A stretch of DNA of 64,000 nucleotides from Phycisphaerae bacterium (GTDB taxonomy: Bacteria > Planctomycetota > Phycisphaerae > UBA1845 > Fen-1342): positions 96,001-160,000 of the forward strand of contig JASFQK010000004.1 in NCBI GenBank assembly GCA_050115495.1. The letters run 5' to 3'. The position numbers were made by a program, and so were the translations under genes. Below are positions 10,026-21,200 of this stretch, one piece after another. Numbering within the stretch: position 1 is the first letter of the stretch; every line of letters begins with the position of its first letter. A model generated the notes under the pieces. It ran no database searches. It was not told where the DNA came from and saw only the letters and a list, made by a program, of their open reading frames with translations.

Positions 10026-12482
10026 ATGGACCCACGGTCGTCTCACCGCCTCCGCTGTCGGCGCGTCGCGGTGCTATTCGCCGCCGGCCTGGCGCTGGGG
10101 GCGGGCCTGTTGCCGGCACACGCGTCGGATCGCGTGGTGCTGTGCGAAGAGTTCACCAACTACTACTGCGGTTCGTGCGCATTCGCCGGCCCGGCGCTGG
10201 ACCTGTTGTTGGACACGTACCCCGACTCGCTGGCCTTCATCCAATATCAGATATTTGACGCCGAATATTCGAAACCCTGGGGCGACAACCGCTGGGCGTA
10301 CTACGAGGCGGAGTACACACCCGCGGCCATCTTCGACGGCACGGACAAGCTGGAAGGCGCCATCGAGGACCTCGACCAGCAGTACACCATCTACCGCGCC
10401 AACCACTTCCTGCCCGAACGGGCCAATCCCACCGATGTGACCGTCGAGTTCGACAACGTCCTTCAGCTCGGCGGCCCGAACTACCTCGTCGACGTCGCGG
10501 TCAGCGTCGAGCCCGGCGGTGTCGCCAAGACCATGGACGTCTACATCGTCCAGGTCCTCGATCACTGGCCCGACACCAAGCCTTATCACCGCAACGGCTT
10601 CAAGCAGGCCGCCCCCGTGGAGCAGATCACCGTCGGCCCCGGCCAGACCGGCTACGCCCAGTACATCTTCTCCCTCGACGACGACAGCGCCGAGCGCGAG
10701 GAAGACGTCAAGTTCATCGCCTGGGCCCAGCAGCCTGAGCCCGGCTTTCCCGCAGCCGTGTACCAGGCCGCCGTCCGTGTCTGGCCGCTGATCACCATCC
10801 CCGGCGACGCCGATGCCGACGGCTATCCGGACGCCGTCGACGACTGCCCCAACCGCTACGACCCCGACCAGCTCGACAGCGACGGCGACGGGTTCGGCGA
10901 CGCCTGTGACAACTGCGACGAAACCTGGAACCCGGACCAGACGGACACCGATGAAGACGGCTTCGGCGACGATTGCGACACGTGCCCTGTGCTGCACCAC
11001 TACAACCAGGCCGACACCGACGCGGACACCATTGGCGACGCCTGTGACTCGTGCCCCGACGTTTACGCCCCGGCGGGCGTCGACGCCTTCGGCCGCTCGA
11101 TCGGCTGCCTCGACTTCGACTGCGACGTCGATACGGATGACCTGCTGGTGCTGAACCGCTGTCTGAGCGGCCCGGATGACACCACGCCGCCGGCCACTTG
11201 CACGCCGGCCGAGTTCGCCCGCGCCGACGTCGACGACGACGGCGACGTCGACCTGGCCGACTTCGCCCTGCTTAGTCAGAACTGCACCGGACCGCTCATC
11301 AGCCCGGCCACGTACGTCGGTGCGGCCAACTGCGCCGACTGCCACTCCGGCAACCACGCCGACTGGATGCAGACCATTCACGCCACCGCCTTCAGCACGT
11401 TGGTGAATGACGGCGCGGGCGACAACGTCCTGTGCTTCCCCTGCCACTCCGTCGGCTACGGCAAGGCCAGCGGCTTCGTCGATCTGGACACCACGCCCGA
11501 TCTGGCCAACGTGCAGTGCGAGAACTGCCACGGTCCCGGCAGCAACCACTTGAGCGACCCGTACGGTTTCCCGCTGGAGCGGCCGCTCGATGCGGACCTC
11601 TGCGGCGCCTGTCACCAGTCCTGCCACGGTCTGTGCGGTGAGAACCACCACCCGCAGTACGAGCAGTGGTCCGAGTCGAAGCACTCCACGGCCCTCATCG
11701 ACATCCAGTGGCTGCCCGACACCGAACAGGAATGCCTCCAGTGTCACTCCACCGACTATCGCCTCGCTCCGCCCGGTGAGGAGCCGCAGGTATGGGAGGC
11801 CATCTACGACCTCGAGTGCGTCGCCTGCCACGATCCGCACGGCGGCCCCAACGTCGGACAGCTTCGCCTGCCCCCGTACGAGCTCTGCGCCGAGTGCCAC
11901 ACCATGGGCGACGTGATGCCGCCCGACATGCCCGATCAGCCGCAATCCGAAATGCTGCACGGCTTCGGCGGCTTCGCCCTGGACGGCACGCCGCTTAACG
12001 GCCCATACAGCATGCACTGGTGGGGCATCGCGGACGAGTGCGCCGTCTGCCACGTGCACGAGGAGCCGTACGGCGGCCCACAACAGCCGGTGAACAGCGG
12101 CCACCTCTTCGTGCACAACCTGCGGGCCTGCCTGCCCTGTCACACCGAGGAGACGGCCACGCTGCTCGTCGAGGGCATGCACGCCGAAGTGACGCTGCGC
12201 CTGACGCGGATCGCCCGCTACTTCACGCCGGGCGACCCGCTCTACATCGATCCGGCGACGCTGCCCCCGGCGGAGCTGGCCCGCTACGAGATCGCCCGGT
12301 TCAACTATCTGCTGGTTGAGGCGGACCGTTCGTTCGGCTCGCACAACCCCGAGTACGCCCGGGCCCTGCTGGGCGAGACCGAGGCGTTCCTCGACATTCC
12401 GCCAATCCTCGGTCCGGGTGGTGGCGGCGAAGGCCCCGTACCAATTCCCGCCTGCGACTATTACGCGGAGGGCTGCCCGTGA
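10026..12482 (+). CDS. secreted multidomain multiheme cytochrome (Omp28/thioredoxin-like, TSP3 repeats, dockerin-like, c554/c552-like heme domain)
   Basis: Signal peptide ending PAHA; EEFTNYYCGSC; DxDxDGxGDACDNC repeats; DVDDDGDVDLADF; YVGAANCADCH and 9 CxxCH in total. Confidence 0.82.
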   Translation: MDPRSSHRLRCRRVAVLFAAGLALGAGLLPAHASDRVVLCEEFTNYYCGSCAFAGPALDLLLDTYPDSLAFIQYQIFDAEYSKPWGDNRWAYYEAEYTPAAIFDGTDKLEGAIEDLDQQYTIYRANHFLPERANPTDVTVEFDNVLQLGGPNYLVDVAVSVEPGGVAKTMDVYIVQVLDHWPDTKPYHRNGFKQAAPVEQITVGPGQTGYAQYIFSLDDDSAEREEDVKFIAWAQQPEPGFPAAVYQAAVRVWPLITIPGDADADGYPDAVDDCPNRYDPDQLDSDGDGFGDACDNCDETWNPDQTDTDEDGFGDDCDTCPVLHHYNQADTDADTIGDACDSCPDVYAPAGVDAFGRSIGCLDFDCDVDTDDLLVLNRCLSGPDDTTPPATCTPAEFARADVDDDGDVDLADFALLSQNCTGPLISPATYVGAANCADCHSGNHADWMQTIHATAFSTLVNDGAGDNVLCFPCHSVGYGKASGFVDLDTTPDLANVQCENCHGPGSNHLSDPYGFPLERPLDADLCGACHQSCHGLCGENHHPQYEQWSESKHSTALIDIQWLPDTEQECLQCHSTDYRLAPPGEEPQVWEAIYDLECVACHDPHGGPNVGQLRLPPYELCAECHTMGDVMPPDMPDQPQSEMLHGFGGFALDGTPLNGPYSMHWWGIADECAVCHVHEEPYGGPQQPVNSGHLFVHNLRACLPCHTEETATLLVEGMHAEVTLRLTRIARYFTPGDPLYIDPATLPPAELARYEIARFNYLLVEADRSFGSHNPEYARALLGETEAFLDIPPILGPGGGGEGPVPIPACDYYAEGCP

Positions 12483-13426
12483 GAATCTCGCGACGTGATT
12501 TCCTGAAAGCCGCCGCGGCGGCCACCATGGCCGGGCATCTGGCTCCGGCCGCCCTGGCTCAGTTGCAGAAGGTCCTGGGGCGGGGCGGCGGACCGCGGGT
12601 GATCTGGCTCCAGGGTGCCGGCTGCGACGGCTGCGCCATCTCCGCCCTGAACAGCATTCACTACGCGACGATCGACGACGTCCTGCTCAACACGATCGAT
12701 CTACGCTTCCAGAACAACCTCCAGGCCGCCGCCGGCGACCTCGCCGTCTCGGCCATCGAGGGCGGCACCGCCGAGCCCGGTTACATCCTGATCGTCGAAG
12801 GGGCGATCCCCACCGGCGCCGCGGGCAAGTACTGCCGCTTGTGGCCGGGCATGACCATGCTCGACGCCCTGAACACCTACGCCGCCAACGCCAGCTACAT
12901 CATCGCCCTCGGGGCCTGTGCCTGCTTCGGTGGTGTCACCGGCGGAGCACCCAACCCGACCGCCGCCAGCGGTGTCGGCGGGATCCTCGGCGACGATCCC
13001 CGGTTGATCAACCTGCCCGGCTGCCCGGCGCATCCCGACTGGCTGGTCGGCACGATCACCTACCTGTTGACCAACGGGCACGTGCCGCCGGTCGACGCCC
13101 ATCGCCGACCGCTCCAGTACTTCGGCGAGCGCATCCACGACAACTGCTTCAAGCGCCAGAAGCACTGCGGCGAGTTGACCTTCGCCGAGAAGCTCGGCGA
13201 CGAGGGCTGCATGGAGTACCTCGGCTGCAAGGGCAAGCACACGTACTCCGATTGTCCCATTCGCAAGTGGAACAGCAGCGGCCCGCAACAGTACGGCGTG
13301 AACTGGTGCGTCGGGGCGCACAGCCCGTGCCTGGGCTGCGTGAATCCGACTTTCCCCGACGGCATGTCGCCGTTCTACGTGTACCTGCCCGGTGGGAAGG
13401 ACGAGGGTGAAGGCGGCGAGGGCTAG
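12479..13426 (+). CDS. [NiFe] hydrogenase small subunit (group 1, Tat-exported)
   Basis: SRRDFLK Tat motif; WLQGAGCDGC, GACACFGG, PGCPAHP, HDNC..C..LGCKG, WCVGAHSPCLGC; no C-terminal TM helix. Confidence 0.95.
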   Translation: MRISRRDFLKAAAAATMAGHLAPAALAQLQKVLGRGGGPRVIWLQGAGCDGCAISALNSIHYATIDDVLLNTIDLRFQNNLQAAAGDLAVSAIEGGTAEPGYILIVEGAIPTGAAGKYCRLWPGMTMLDALNTYAANASYIIALGACACFGGVTGGAPNPTAASGVGGILGDDPRLINLPGCPAHPDWLVGTITYLLTNGHVPPVDAHRRPLQYFGERIHDNCFKRQKHCGELTFAEKLGDEGCMEYLGCKGKHTYSDCPIRKWNSSGPQQYGVNWCVGAHSPCLGCVNPTFPDGMSPFYVYLPGGKDEGEGGEG

Positions 13427-13494
13427 GGTACGGTCCGGGCCCGATCGCCGGTTGCTGAAGACGAGCTGATGACCTCGCGAAGAGGAACTGAGCA

Positions 13495-14943
13495 ATGCCG
13501 ACCACGATCACGCTTGACCCCGTGACCCGCATCGAGGGCCACCTGGAAATCGAAGTCACCGTGGACGTTGTCCGCGGTCAGCAGCAGGTCATCAGCGCCC
13601 GCAGCATGGGCAAGATGTTCCGCGGCTTCGAGATCATCCTGGCCGGCCGCGATCCGCGCGACGCCGCCATGTACACGCAGCGCATCTGCGGCGTCTGCCC
13701 CGTCTCGCACGCCATGGCTTCGAGCCTCAACCTCGACAACGCTTTCGGCGTGACACCGCCGGACAACGGCCGCATCCTACGCAACCTCGTGCTCGGGGCG
13801 AACTTCATTCAGTCGCACCTGCTGCACTTCTACCACCTGTCCGTCCTGGACTATGTGAACACCACCGGGCTGCTGGACAAGTCGCCCTGGACGCCGCGCT
13901 ACGTCACCGCCGACATGGCCACGGGCGCGAACGCCGCCACGCTCGTCTCGCACTACGTCGCCGCCCTGGCCATGCGCCGCAAGGCGCACCAGATGGGGGC
14001 GCTCTTCGGCGGCAAGCTGCCCTGTCTCGGCTCCTTCGTCGTCGGCGGCTGCACCGAGGCCGTCACCGCCGAGAAGATCGCCGACTTCCGCAGCCTGCTC
14101 ACCGGGCTGCGGTCCTTCATCAACAACGTCTACCTAGCCGACGCCAACACGCTCGGCGACCTGTTCCCGACGTACTTCACGCTCGGCGGCGGCAACGAGA
14201 ACCTCCTGGCCTTCGGCGTGTTCGACCTCGATTCGTCCGGCGCGAACCGGTTTTTCTCGCCCGGCCGCTACGCCGGCGGGGCGTTTGAGTCGATGGATCC
14301 GGCCCAGATCGCCGAATACGTGATGCACTCGTGGTACACGCCCGCCTCGGGGAACCTGAACCCAGCGCAGGGCGTCACCGAGCCTGACGCCGAGAAGCAG
14401 GGGGCGTACTCCTGGCTCAAGGCGCCGCGCTACGCGGACCTGCCTTACGAGCTCGGCCCGCTGGCCCGCATGTGGATCAACCACGACTACACACGCGGCA
14501 TCTCGGCCATGGACCGCATCATCGCCCGCGCCCAGGAAACCAAGAAGATTGCCGACGCCATGGACGGCTGGCTCGACGAACTAACCCCGGACATGTCCGG
14601 CTACGCCACGAGCGAGATCCCCGTGCAGGCCACCAGCGCCGGCCTGACTGAGGCCCCGCGCGGCGCCCTCGGTCACTGGATGAACATCACAGACTCGACG
14701 ATCAGTCGCTACCAGGTCATCACGCCGACCGCCTGGAACGCCTCGCCCCGCGACGACGTGGACGTGCCCGGTCCGATCGAGGCGGCACTGGTCGGCGTCC
14801 CGGTCGCGGATATCGAACAGCCGGTCGAAGTGCTCCGCATCGTGCACACCTTCGACCCGTGCCTGGCCTGTGCCGTGCACATGGTTCGCCCCGGCGAGCG
14901 CGTGCCCGCCAGCCGTGTGCTGCTCCAGCCCGGACTCGGTTAG
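13495..14943 (+). CDS. [NiFe] hydrogenase large subunit (group 1a-like)
   Basis: DPVTRIEGH, RGFE, L1 RICGVCP, EAPRGALGHW, L2 FDPCLACAVH followed by a cleavable C-terminal extension. Confidence 0.96.
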   Translation: MPTTITLDPVTRIEGHLEIEVTVDVVRGQQQVISARSMGKMFRGFEIILAGRDPRDAAMYTQRICGVCPVSHAMASSLNLDNAFGVTPPDNGRILRNLVLGANFIQSHLLHFYHLSVLDYVNTTGLLDKSPWTPRYVTADMATGANAATLVSHYVAALAMRRKAHQMGALFGGKLPCLGSFVVGGCTEAVTAEKIADFRSLLTGLRSFINNVYLADANTLGDLFPTYFTLGGGNENLLAFGVFDLDSSGANRFFSPGRYAGGAFESMDPAQIAEYVMHSWYTPASGNLNPAQGVTEPDAEKQGAYSWLKAPRYADLPYELGPLARMWINHDYTRGISAMDRIIARAQETKKIADAMDGWLDELTPDMSGYATSEIPVQATSAGLTEAPRGALGHWMNITDSTISRYQVITPTAWNASPRDDVDVPGPIEAALVGVPVADIEQPVEVLRIVHTFDPCLACAVHMVRPGERVPASRVLLQPGLG

Positions 14944-14967
14944 CCGCCCCGACGAGAAGGACGGTTG

Positions 14968-15465
14968 ATGCTCGTGCAAAACGGTCAAGACGAACAGACC
15001 GCCACCGACCGCTGCCCCGTCCTGGTGCTCGGTCTCGGCAACATCCTGTTGCGCGACGAGGGCGTCGGCGTGCGCGTGATCGAGACGCTGCGTGAGCGGT
15101 CTCGGCCGGAGGGCGTCGAGTTCTTCGATGGAGCCACCGCCGGCCTCGACCTGCTGGACGTCCTCGCCGATCGGCGGACCGTCGTCGTCGTGGACGCCAT
15201 CGCCGGCGACTACGCCCCGGGCACGGTCCTGCGCCTGACGCCGGAAGACCTGCTGCCGAGCGATCATCCCGGCGTCTCGCTGCACGAGATGGGCATCCTG
15301 GAGACGCTGACCGTCGCCAGACACCTGGGTAATGCCCCGCACGAAGTTGTCATCATTGGTATTAAGCCGTTCGAGGTCGATTACGGCCTGAACCTCACGG
15401 ATGAAATGCAACGCCTGATGCCGGACATCCTGGCCCTGGTGTCGGCGGAACTGGAGAAGCTGTGA
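14968..15465 (+). CDS. hydrogenase maturation endopeptidase (HyaD/HybD family)
   Basis: [29 protein letters not shown] motifs; follows the large subunit. Confidence 0.93.
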   Translation: MLVQNGQDEQTATDRCPVLVLGLGNILLRDEGVGVRVIETLRERSRPEGVEFFDGATAGLDLLDVLADRRTVVVVDAIAGDYAPGTVLRLTPEDLLPSDHPGVSLHEMGILETLTVARHLGNAPHEVVIIGIKPFEVDYGLNLTDEMQRLMPDILALVSAELEKL

Positions 15466-15509
15466 CGCGCGGCGGAGCCTGGCCGCGAGTCCGCAAGGGA
15501 AGCTTTACG

Positions 15510-16295
15510 ATGAAACCGCTCGCCTTCATCCCGGTCGTGGTCCTGGTAGCGCTCCCGGTGCTCGTGGCTTTGCTTCCGGCGACGACCCCCGTCGCAGTCG
15601 CCGAGCCGGCCTGGGGCCAGAACTGCTTGGCCTGTCACGACTTACTGCAAATAAACCTGCTCAATGTCGTTGGGGCGGACCTCATCGCCGACCCCGACGA
15701 GAGCGGTACCGGCGCCCCGGATCGCGGGCCGCTCCCGGTGTTCCGCGTCGGCCCGGGCGGGAACAAGACCATCCGTGTCGCGGTCTCCGGCCTGATGACC
15801 GGTGATACCTATGCGGTCGAGCTGTTCCGGCTGCGGTTCCCGGGCGTCGTGCAGGGCGGCGAATTGACTTACTCCGGCGATTGCGCCTGGGCCGAGTGGG
15901 GCAATCACGCTAACTACTTCTCCGATCCGGACGTGTCCGCCCCGTGGCAGCCCGGCGCGACCACGCATGAGTTCGACATTCATATCGGCCCCGATGCCGC
16001 GGAAGACTTCTACGACGTGGCCTTCGCCGTGGCTGGCAAGTTCGGCGGGGACGATTCACAGCTCTTCTACGCCGCAGAACACTTCTATATTCAGGTTCAG
16101 GGGCAAGTCGGTGATGTGAATTGCGATGGGACGGTCGACAACTTCGATATCGCGGCGTTCGTGCTGGCGCTAACCAACCCCAGCGCATACGAGGCCCGCT
16201 ACCCGGACTGCGACCGCATGCTGGCCGATATCAACCAGGACGGTCTGGTGGACAACTTCGACATCAGCGCGTTCATCGACCTGCTGACGGGCTGA
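15510..16295 (+). CDS. secreted monoheme (CLACH) protein with C-terminal dockerin-like domain
   Basis: Signal peptide, GQNCLACH, beta-rich middle, [26 protein letters not shown]. Confidence 0.75.
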   Translation: MKPLAFIPVVVLVALPVLVALLPATTPVAVAEPAWGQNCLACHDLLQINLLNVVGADLIADPDESGTGAPDRGPLPVFRVGPGGNKTIRVAVSGLMTGDTYAVELFRLRFPGVVQGGELTYSGDCAWAEWGNHANYFSDPDVSAPWQPGATTHEFDIHIGPDAAEDFYDVAFAVAGKFGGDDSQLFYAAEHFYIQVQGQVGDVNCDGTVDNFDIAAFVLALTNPSAYEARYPDCDRMLADINQDGLVDNFDISAFIDLLTG

Positions 16296-16474
16296 TGGCG
16301 GGGGGGATCGCTGGTTTGGCGCCTGCCGGCGCTAGCTCAGGCGAGTGAAGGCGTTGCGGTTGGAGCAATCTTTGCCTACAATTAATGTCCTGAGGGGCTC
16401 GGGTGGGAAGGCGAGCGTCGGCAGTGTGCGCGGCCGGCGGCCGAAGTGAAATGCCGTCTCAGGAGACCGGATCA

Positions 16475-17560
16475 GTGACCGGACAACGTAGGTGTTGGGG
16501 CCGGCAGGGGGTCCGGGGGTTCACGCTTATCGAATTGCTGGTGGTGGTGGCGATCATCGCCCTGCTGATCTCGATTCTGCTGCCGGCGCTGTCCGACGCG
16601 CGGGAGCAGGCGAAGGCCGTCAAGTGCGGGGCCAACCTCCAGCAAATCGGTCTCGGCCTGCTGAATTGCATGACTGAGAACCAGGATTGCGTGCCCCTGA
16701 TCGACGACGGCGTTGGGTCGCCCTCCGTGGTGTACACTTGGCTCGACGCCCTGTACGACCTGGATTACACCGGGATTGTGGACATCCAGTGGTGCCCGAC
16801 GGACGATCATCGCTCGCCGGCGATGCTGGAGCGGGTCGCCAATGGCTGGAACTTCTCCTGGGTGCGGAAATTCGGGGCGGGGGAGTCCCTGAAGCCGGGT
16901 TCCCGCTCGAGTTACGCGCTGAACTCGCACATCGCCTACAGCCACCCTCCCTATCCGGAGTGCAGCCCGTCGCGCCAGGTCATGGTGACCGACGGGTTCT
17001 GGAACTGGTTCGGGAACATGAGCGCCCACTACACGATGGCGCCGGCGGCGCTGGGCTACTCTGTTCCGGTGCTCGACACCTACGCCGGCTGGCAGGGCGG
17101 CATGATCGGCTTCCGTCATGGGCGCAACCTCGCCACGAACATGGTCTTCCGCGATGGCCACGTGGTGAAGATCACGCCCCGCCGACCGCACAACGTCCGC
17201 GAGTACCGGGATTTCCTGCCACGCAGCGCCACGCGCATGGTGGATACGGCGAAGTACTACACGTGGCTGCCGGGGGAGACGACCACCCGCCTGGACGTCT
17301 TCGGTTACGACCAGCGCTACTCGGAAATCGAAGACTGGATGCCCAACGGAGCGGATCCGCGCTGGCCGCCGTTTTCGACCGGCACGCAGCTTCCACCGAG
17401 CTGGGAGTATCGAGACTGGGGTTCGACCGGCGCCCCCGAGGCCTGCCGGGAGGCTCGTGCCTGGGTCCCATATTACTACCCGCGTGAGCTGAGCCCTGCG
17501 TGGCGGACCGCGAACGGCAAATGGACCAAGCTCCCGTCCAATCCGGATGATCGGAAGTAG
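16475..17560 (+). CDS. prepilin-type N-terminal cleavage/methylation protein (H-X9-DG-like)
   Basis: [52 protein letters not shown] start after AGGAG (ATG 16451 is an alternative). Confidence 0.88.
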   Translation: MTGQRRCWGRQGVRGFTLIELLVVVAIIALLISILLPALSDAREQAKAVKCGANLQQIGLGLLNCMTENQDCVPLIDDGVGSPSVVYTWLDALYDLDYTGIVDIQWCPTDDHRSPAMLERVANGWNFSWVRKFGAGESLKPGSRSSYALNSHIAYSHPPYPECSPSRQVMVTDGFWNWFGNMSAHYTMAPAALGYSVPVLDTYAGWQGGMIGFRHGRNLATNMVFRDGHVVKITPRRPHNVREYRDFLPRSATRMVDTAKYYTWLPGETTTRLDVFGYDQRYSEIEDWMPNGADPRWPPFSTGTQLPPSWEYRDWGSTGAPEACREARAWVPYYYPRELSPAWRTANGKWTKLPSNPDDRK

Positions 17561-17563
17561 GGG

Positions 17564-17983
17564 ATGCAAGGGAACGCTCGACCGATCTGGCTCGGATTGG
17601 CTCTCATCGCGCTCCTGGGCGCCGCCGGTTACTACTACTGGCGGCGAGCTGAGGATCCGCCGGCGCCCGGCCGAGACGTCACGCTGCACGGCTATTGCCT
17701 GGCCTGCAAGCATGAAGTGACCGCCCACTACACGGCGGGAGAAGTGCAGCCGGTGAAGTGCCCCCTCTGCGGAGAGCGGGCTGTCTACAGCCTGTGCTAC
17801 TGCGAGAAGTGCAAGATGCGCATTGTTCCGGTGCTCGAGCCGGCCGAGGCGGGCGGCCTGCCGCGCATGCCGATGATCCGGACGTGTCCGCGCTGCGGCG
17901 GCCCGGCGAGCGCTTATGCGCCGTACGACGAGGAGCAGCAGCAGGCGGCCCTGGGGCCCGTGCCTGAGTGGCCGCCGAAGTAG
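17564..17983 (+). CDS. membrane-anchored protein with four CxxC pairs (double zinc-ribbon-like)
   Basis: N-terminal TM; CLAC, CPLC, CEKC, CPRC; starts 3 nt after the prepilin gene. Confidence 0.75.
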   Translation: MQGNARPIWLGLALIALLGAAGYYYWRRAEDPPAPGRDVTLHGYCLACKHEVTAHYTAGEVQPVKCPLCGERAVYSLCYCEKCKMRIVPVLEPAEAGGLPRMPMIRTCPRCGGPASAYAPYDEEQQQAALGPVPEWPPK

Positions 17984-18244
17984 CCCTGCTTTTCCGGACT
18001 ATCCGGAAGAGACCTTAAAGGGCAGGAGTTGGGAGAAGTGGCGTCAAAGGCGAGCCAAGAGGTTGGCGATGTATCCTTGCGCCATGTCACCGCGCTGGGA
18101 AGGCGACAGAACGCTGTCGCGAGTTCCGATAACGCATTTGCCGCGGCGAGCGACGCTCGCCCGACTCGAGGGGAAGGGTGCATAGATAGATAGTCTCTTT
18201 CTGCTGGACGGGTTCGTGGTGCAAAAGAATCGGAGGTATTCGAC

Positions 18245-21200
18245 ATGCTACGAATGAGATGGATGGGCCTCATGGCCACTCTCGGGCTGATGTGCGTGCC
18301 CGCGGCGGTGGGGCAGGTGGCAATTGACTTTGAGGGTTACTCCCTCGGCGACGTTAACGGGCAGGACGGCTGGTCGATCACGACCCAAACCGGCTCCGCG
18401 TCCGCGGAGATCGTGGTTGATCCGCTCGACGCCAACAACCAGATTCTCCGTATCCGCAACTTCGACGGCATGGGTGGCGATGACGGCGACGTCCGCCTCC
18501 GCAGGACGATCAGCCTCGGCTCCGGCCCGATGCTGATCACGCTCGAATACGACATCGAGCTCGAGAGCAGCGCCGCCGGCACCGCGCTATACCCCCGTCT
18601 GCGCGACGCCAGCAACGACTTCTCTGTCGTCAACAACATGCACTACACCGGCGGCGCCAACGGCACCTTCGCGCATCAGGGCTGGTATGCCCGCCTGCCC
18701 GACGGCACCGAGCAGAACTGGGAGCTCAACGGCGACCCGGGTATCCCGGCCGCCACGCGCGCCCACACCGCCTGGGTGTTCTTCTACTCGGGCACCAGCA
18801 CCGGCAATCACCTGGTCAAGGTGGTCAAGGACGGCGTGTCTTACGACAAGCGCAACGCCTACGGCTCCAGCGTCGGTGTCCTGAACTGCGACTACATCGA
18901 ATTCTCGCTCTACTCCGGCGGCCAGGCGACCTGGAACATCGACAACATCCAGATCACTGCCGAGCCGACCTTTGCCGCCCCGGTGGCCGATGCCGGCGAG
19001 TATCCCGACATGGTCCTGTGCGACTTCGACGGCTGCTTCGTCGACGTGGATGCCTCGCTGAGCACAGGCACGATCTCCAAGTACCAGTGGCTGGAGAGCG
19101 CTGCGACCGCGCAGAACATTCTGTCCCAGGGGCTGGCTCCGATTCAGGAGGTCTCGCTTCCCTACGATACGTCGAACAACGTGGTGCTCAACGTATTCGA
19201 CGCGCGCGGTGTCTACCACAGCGACACGGCCCTGATCATCACCGGTCCTGTCCCGGATCCCTACTCGATCGAGGACCAGGTCTGGGGGCCGTACGGCATC
19301 AAGAACGGCGACATCTACGGCACGGCGCAGTCGGACGTCGTGGTGCCCAGCTCCAACTTGCGGCTGCGCATGATCGACCAGCGCTCCGATCTGCCCGATC
19401 CCACGTCGCACCGGCAGTTGCTCTTCGACGCCCGCGGCAACATCTACTACGTCACGTGGTACCGTAGTGTACGCTCACTGAATCCCGATCTGACCAACCG
19501 CTGGGAGACGGCCAGCCTGGCCAATGGCTGCCTCGAGAACGAGTGCCTGATCGTCGGCGATCGCTACGTGTACGCGGCCGTGCCGCCCACGACCGACGGC
19601 GGCTTCGTGACGATTCCGGCGCAGATCGTTGCCCTGCGCAAGGGCGACGGCTCGATCGCCTGGCAGATACAGTTGCCCGGTGAGGCGTACGTCGACTGTG
19701 CCCCCTCGAAGCCCAAGATGACGCTGTGGAACGACAAGCTGTACTACGTCGGGGCACCCGATATGGCCGGCGTGGACATGATCTACCTGTACCAGGTGGA
19801 TGCGACCTCCGGCAATCTCGACTGGACCGAGCCTCTGGCTTGCGGCACCGAGGCGCCGCAGGGTCGCTGGGGTACGGTCGCCTTCGTCCCCGACCTGTAC
19901 GCGAGCGATCCGGACGGCTACGTGCACGCCCTGTTCTTCCAGGGTCATAGCGAGACCGAGAACGACGGTCTGTCCGACGCGATGGCCGTGCAGATCAACC
20001 CCGCCGTCGGCGCCCGCGTTGTCTGGGGTGTCGACGCCGGTTACGCCCTGCGCAGCCACCCGATCTTTAGTGATGAGACCGGGCTGGTCTACATGTGCAA
20101 CCAGTCGAACTGGAAGGGCCACTCGACGTGGGTCTTCGATCCCTATGCCGGCCTGCTGGCCCACTACGAGACCAGCGGCTATGACCGTCCGCGCGAGGAC
20201 GTCGTCGGCCTCGACTACGACGGCCGCACGATTCACTCGGGCAACGACATGGGCGTCGTCTACTCCGAGGTCGACGCCGACGGCACCGGCCTCAGCCTGA
20301 TCCGCAAACAGCGCCAGTACGACCCGGCCATCCTCAACCCGAACCACCCGGACTTCGGCGGCTACTTCGGCGATCAGGCCATCCTCCTGCAGAACGAGGA
20401 CGGCGACACGCTGATGCTCACCGCCCACCAGCGCTGGTGGTATGATCCCGACGGCTACACTGCCGAGGGCCGCGGCCCCGAGCAGGTTGTGCTGCTCAAC
20501 CTAACGCAGGACGACGGCTCGCCCACCGAAGAGGATCTCGACGACGGCCCGATTTACATCGACAACGTTCGCCTGCTCGAGGACGGCGTGCCGGTCTTCT
20601 CCGACGACTTCGAGTCGTACGACCTCGGCCCGCTGCCGTTCTACCCGGATTCGCCGTGGACCTACACCGGCGACGTCGGCGCCAGCATGCCGATGATCGT
20701 CGATGACGGCGGCAACAAGGTGCTGGCCATCGACCCGTTCGGCGGCTACAGCAACGAGTACGTCGCCATCAAGGCCCTGCTCGGCCAGGAGTATCCGCAG
20801 TCGTCCGAGGCGGTCATGCGCCTGGAATGGATGCAGAAGCGCACCGACCTCACCGACAACGTCGGCATCGAGGTTGTCCCCTACGATCCGACGCCGCCGG
20901 GCTACAACCCGTGGGGCGTGTACGAGTGGGACGGTGGCGGCGAGCCCAGCTACCAGAAGGCCTGGGGCGTGGGCGGCGATCCCGACTGGTCGCCGACGGC
21001 CCTGCTGCAGGTTGATACCTGGGAACCGGGTGTTCTTATCTGGGACTACCTGAACTGGGAATTCAACATGACCATCAACGGGACGAACGAGGGCGGCGTC
21101 CCGCCGGTCTTCGACACCAGCAAGACCATGAACTACATCGAGATCTACATGCAGGCCACGTCCGTTACCAGCAGCAGCTGGACCCCACCGCTGTTCACGC

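Noticed and set aside
14850..14885. Selenocysteine ([NiFeSe]) hydrogenase
   Set aside because: The L2 motif is encoded with TGC/TGT, with no in-frame TGA.
17690..17900. Heme-binding motifs in the small Cys-rich protein
   Set aside because: CLACKH and the others are CxxC without an adjacent His.
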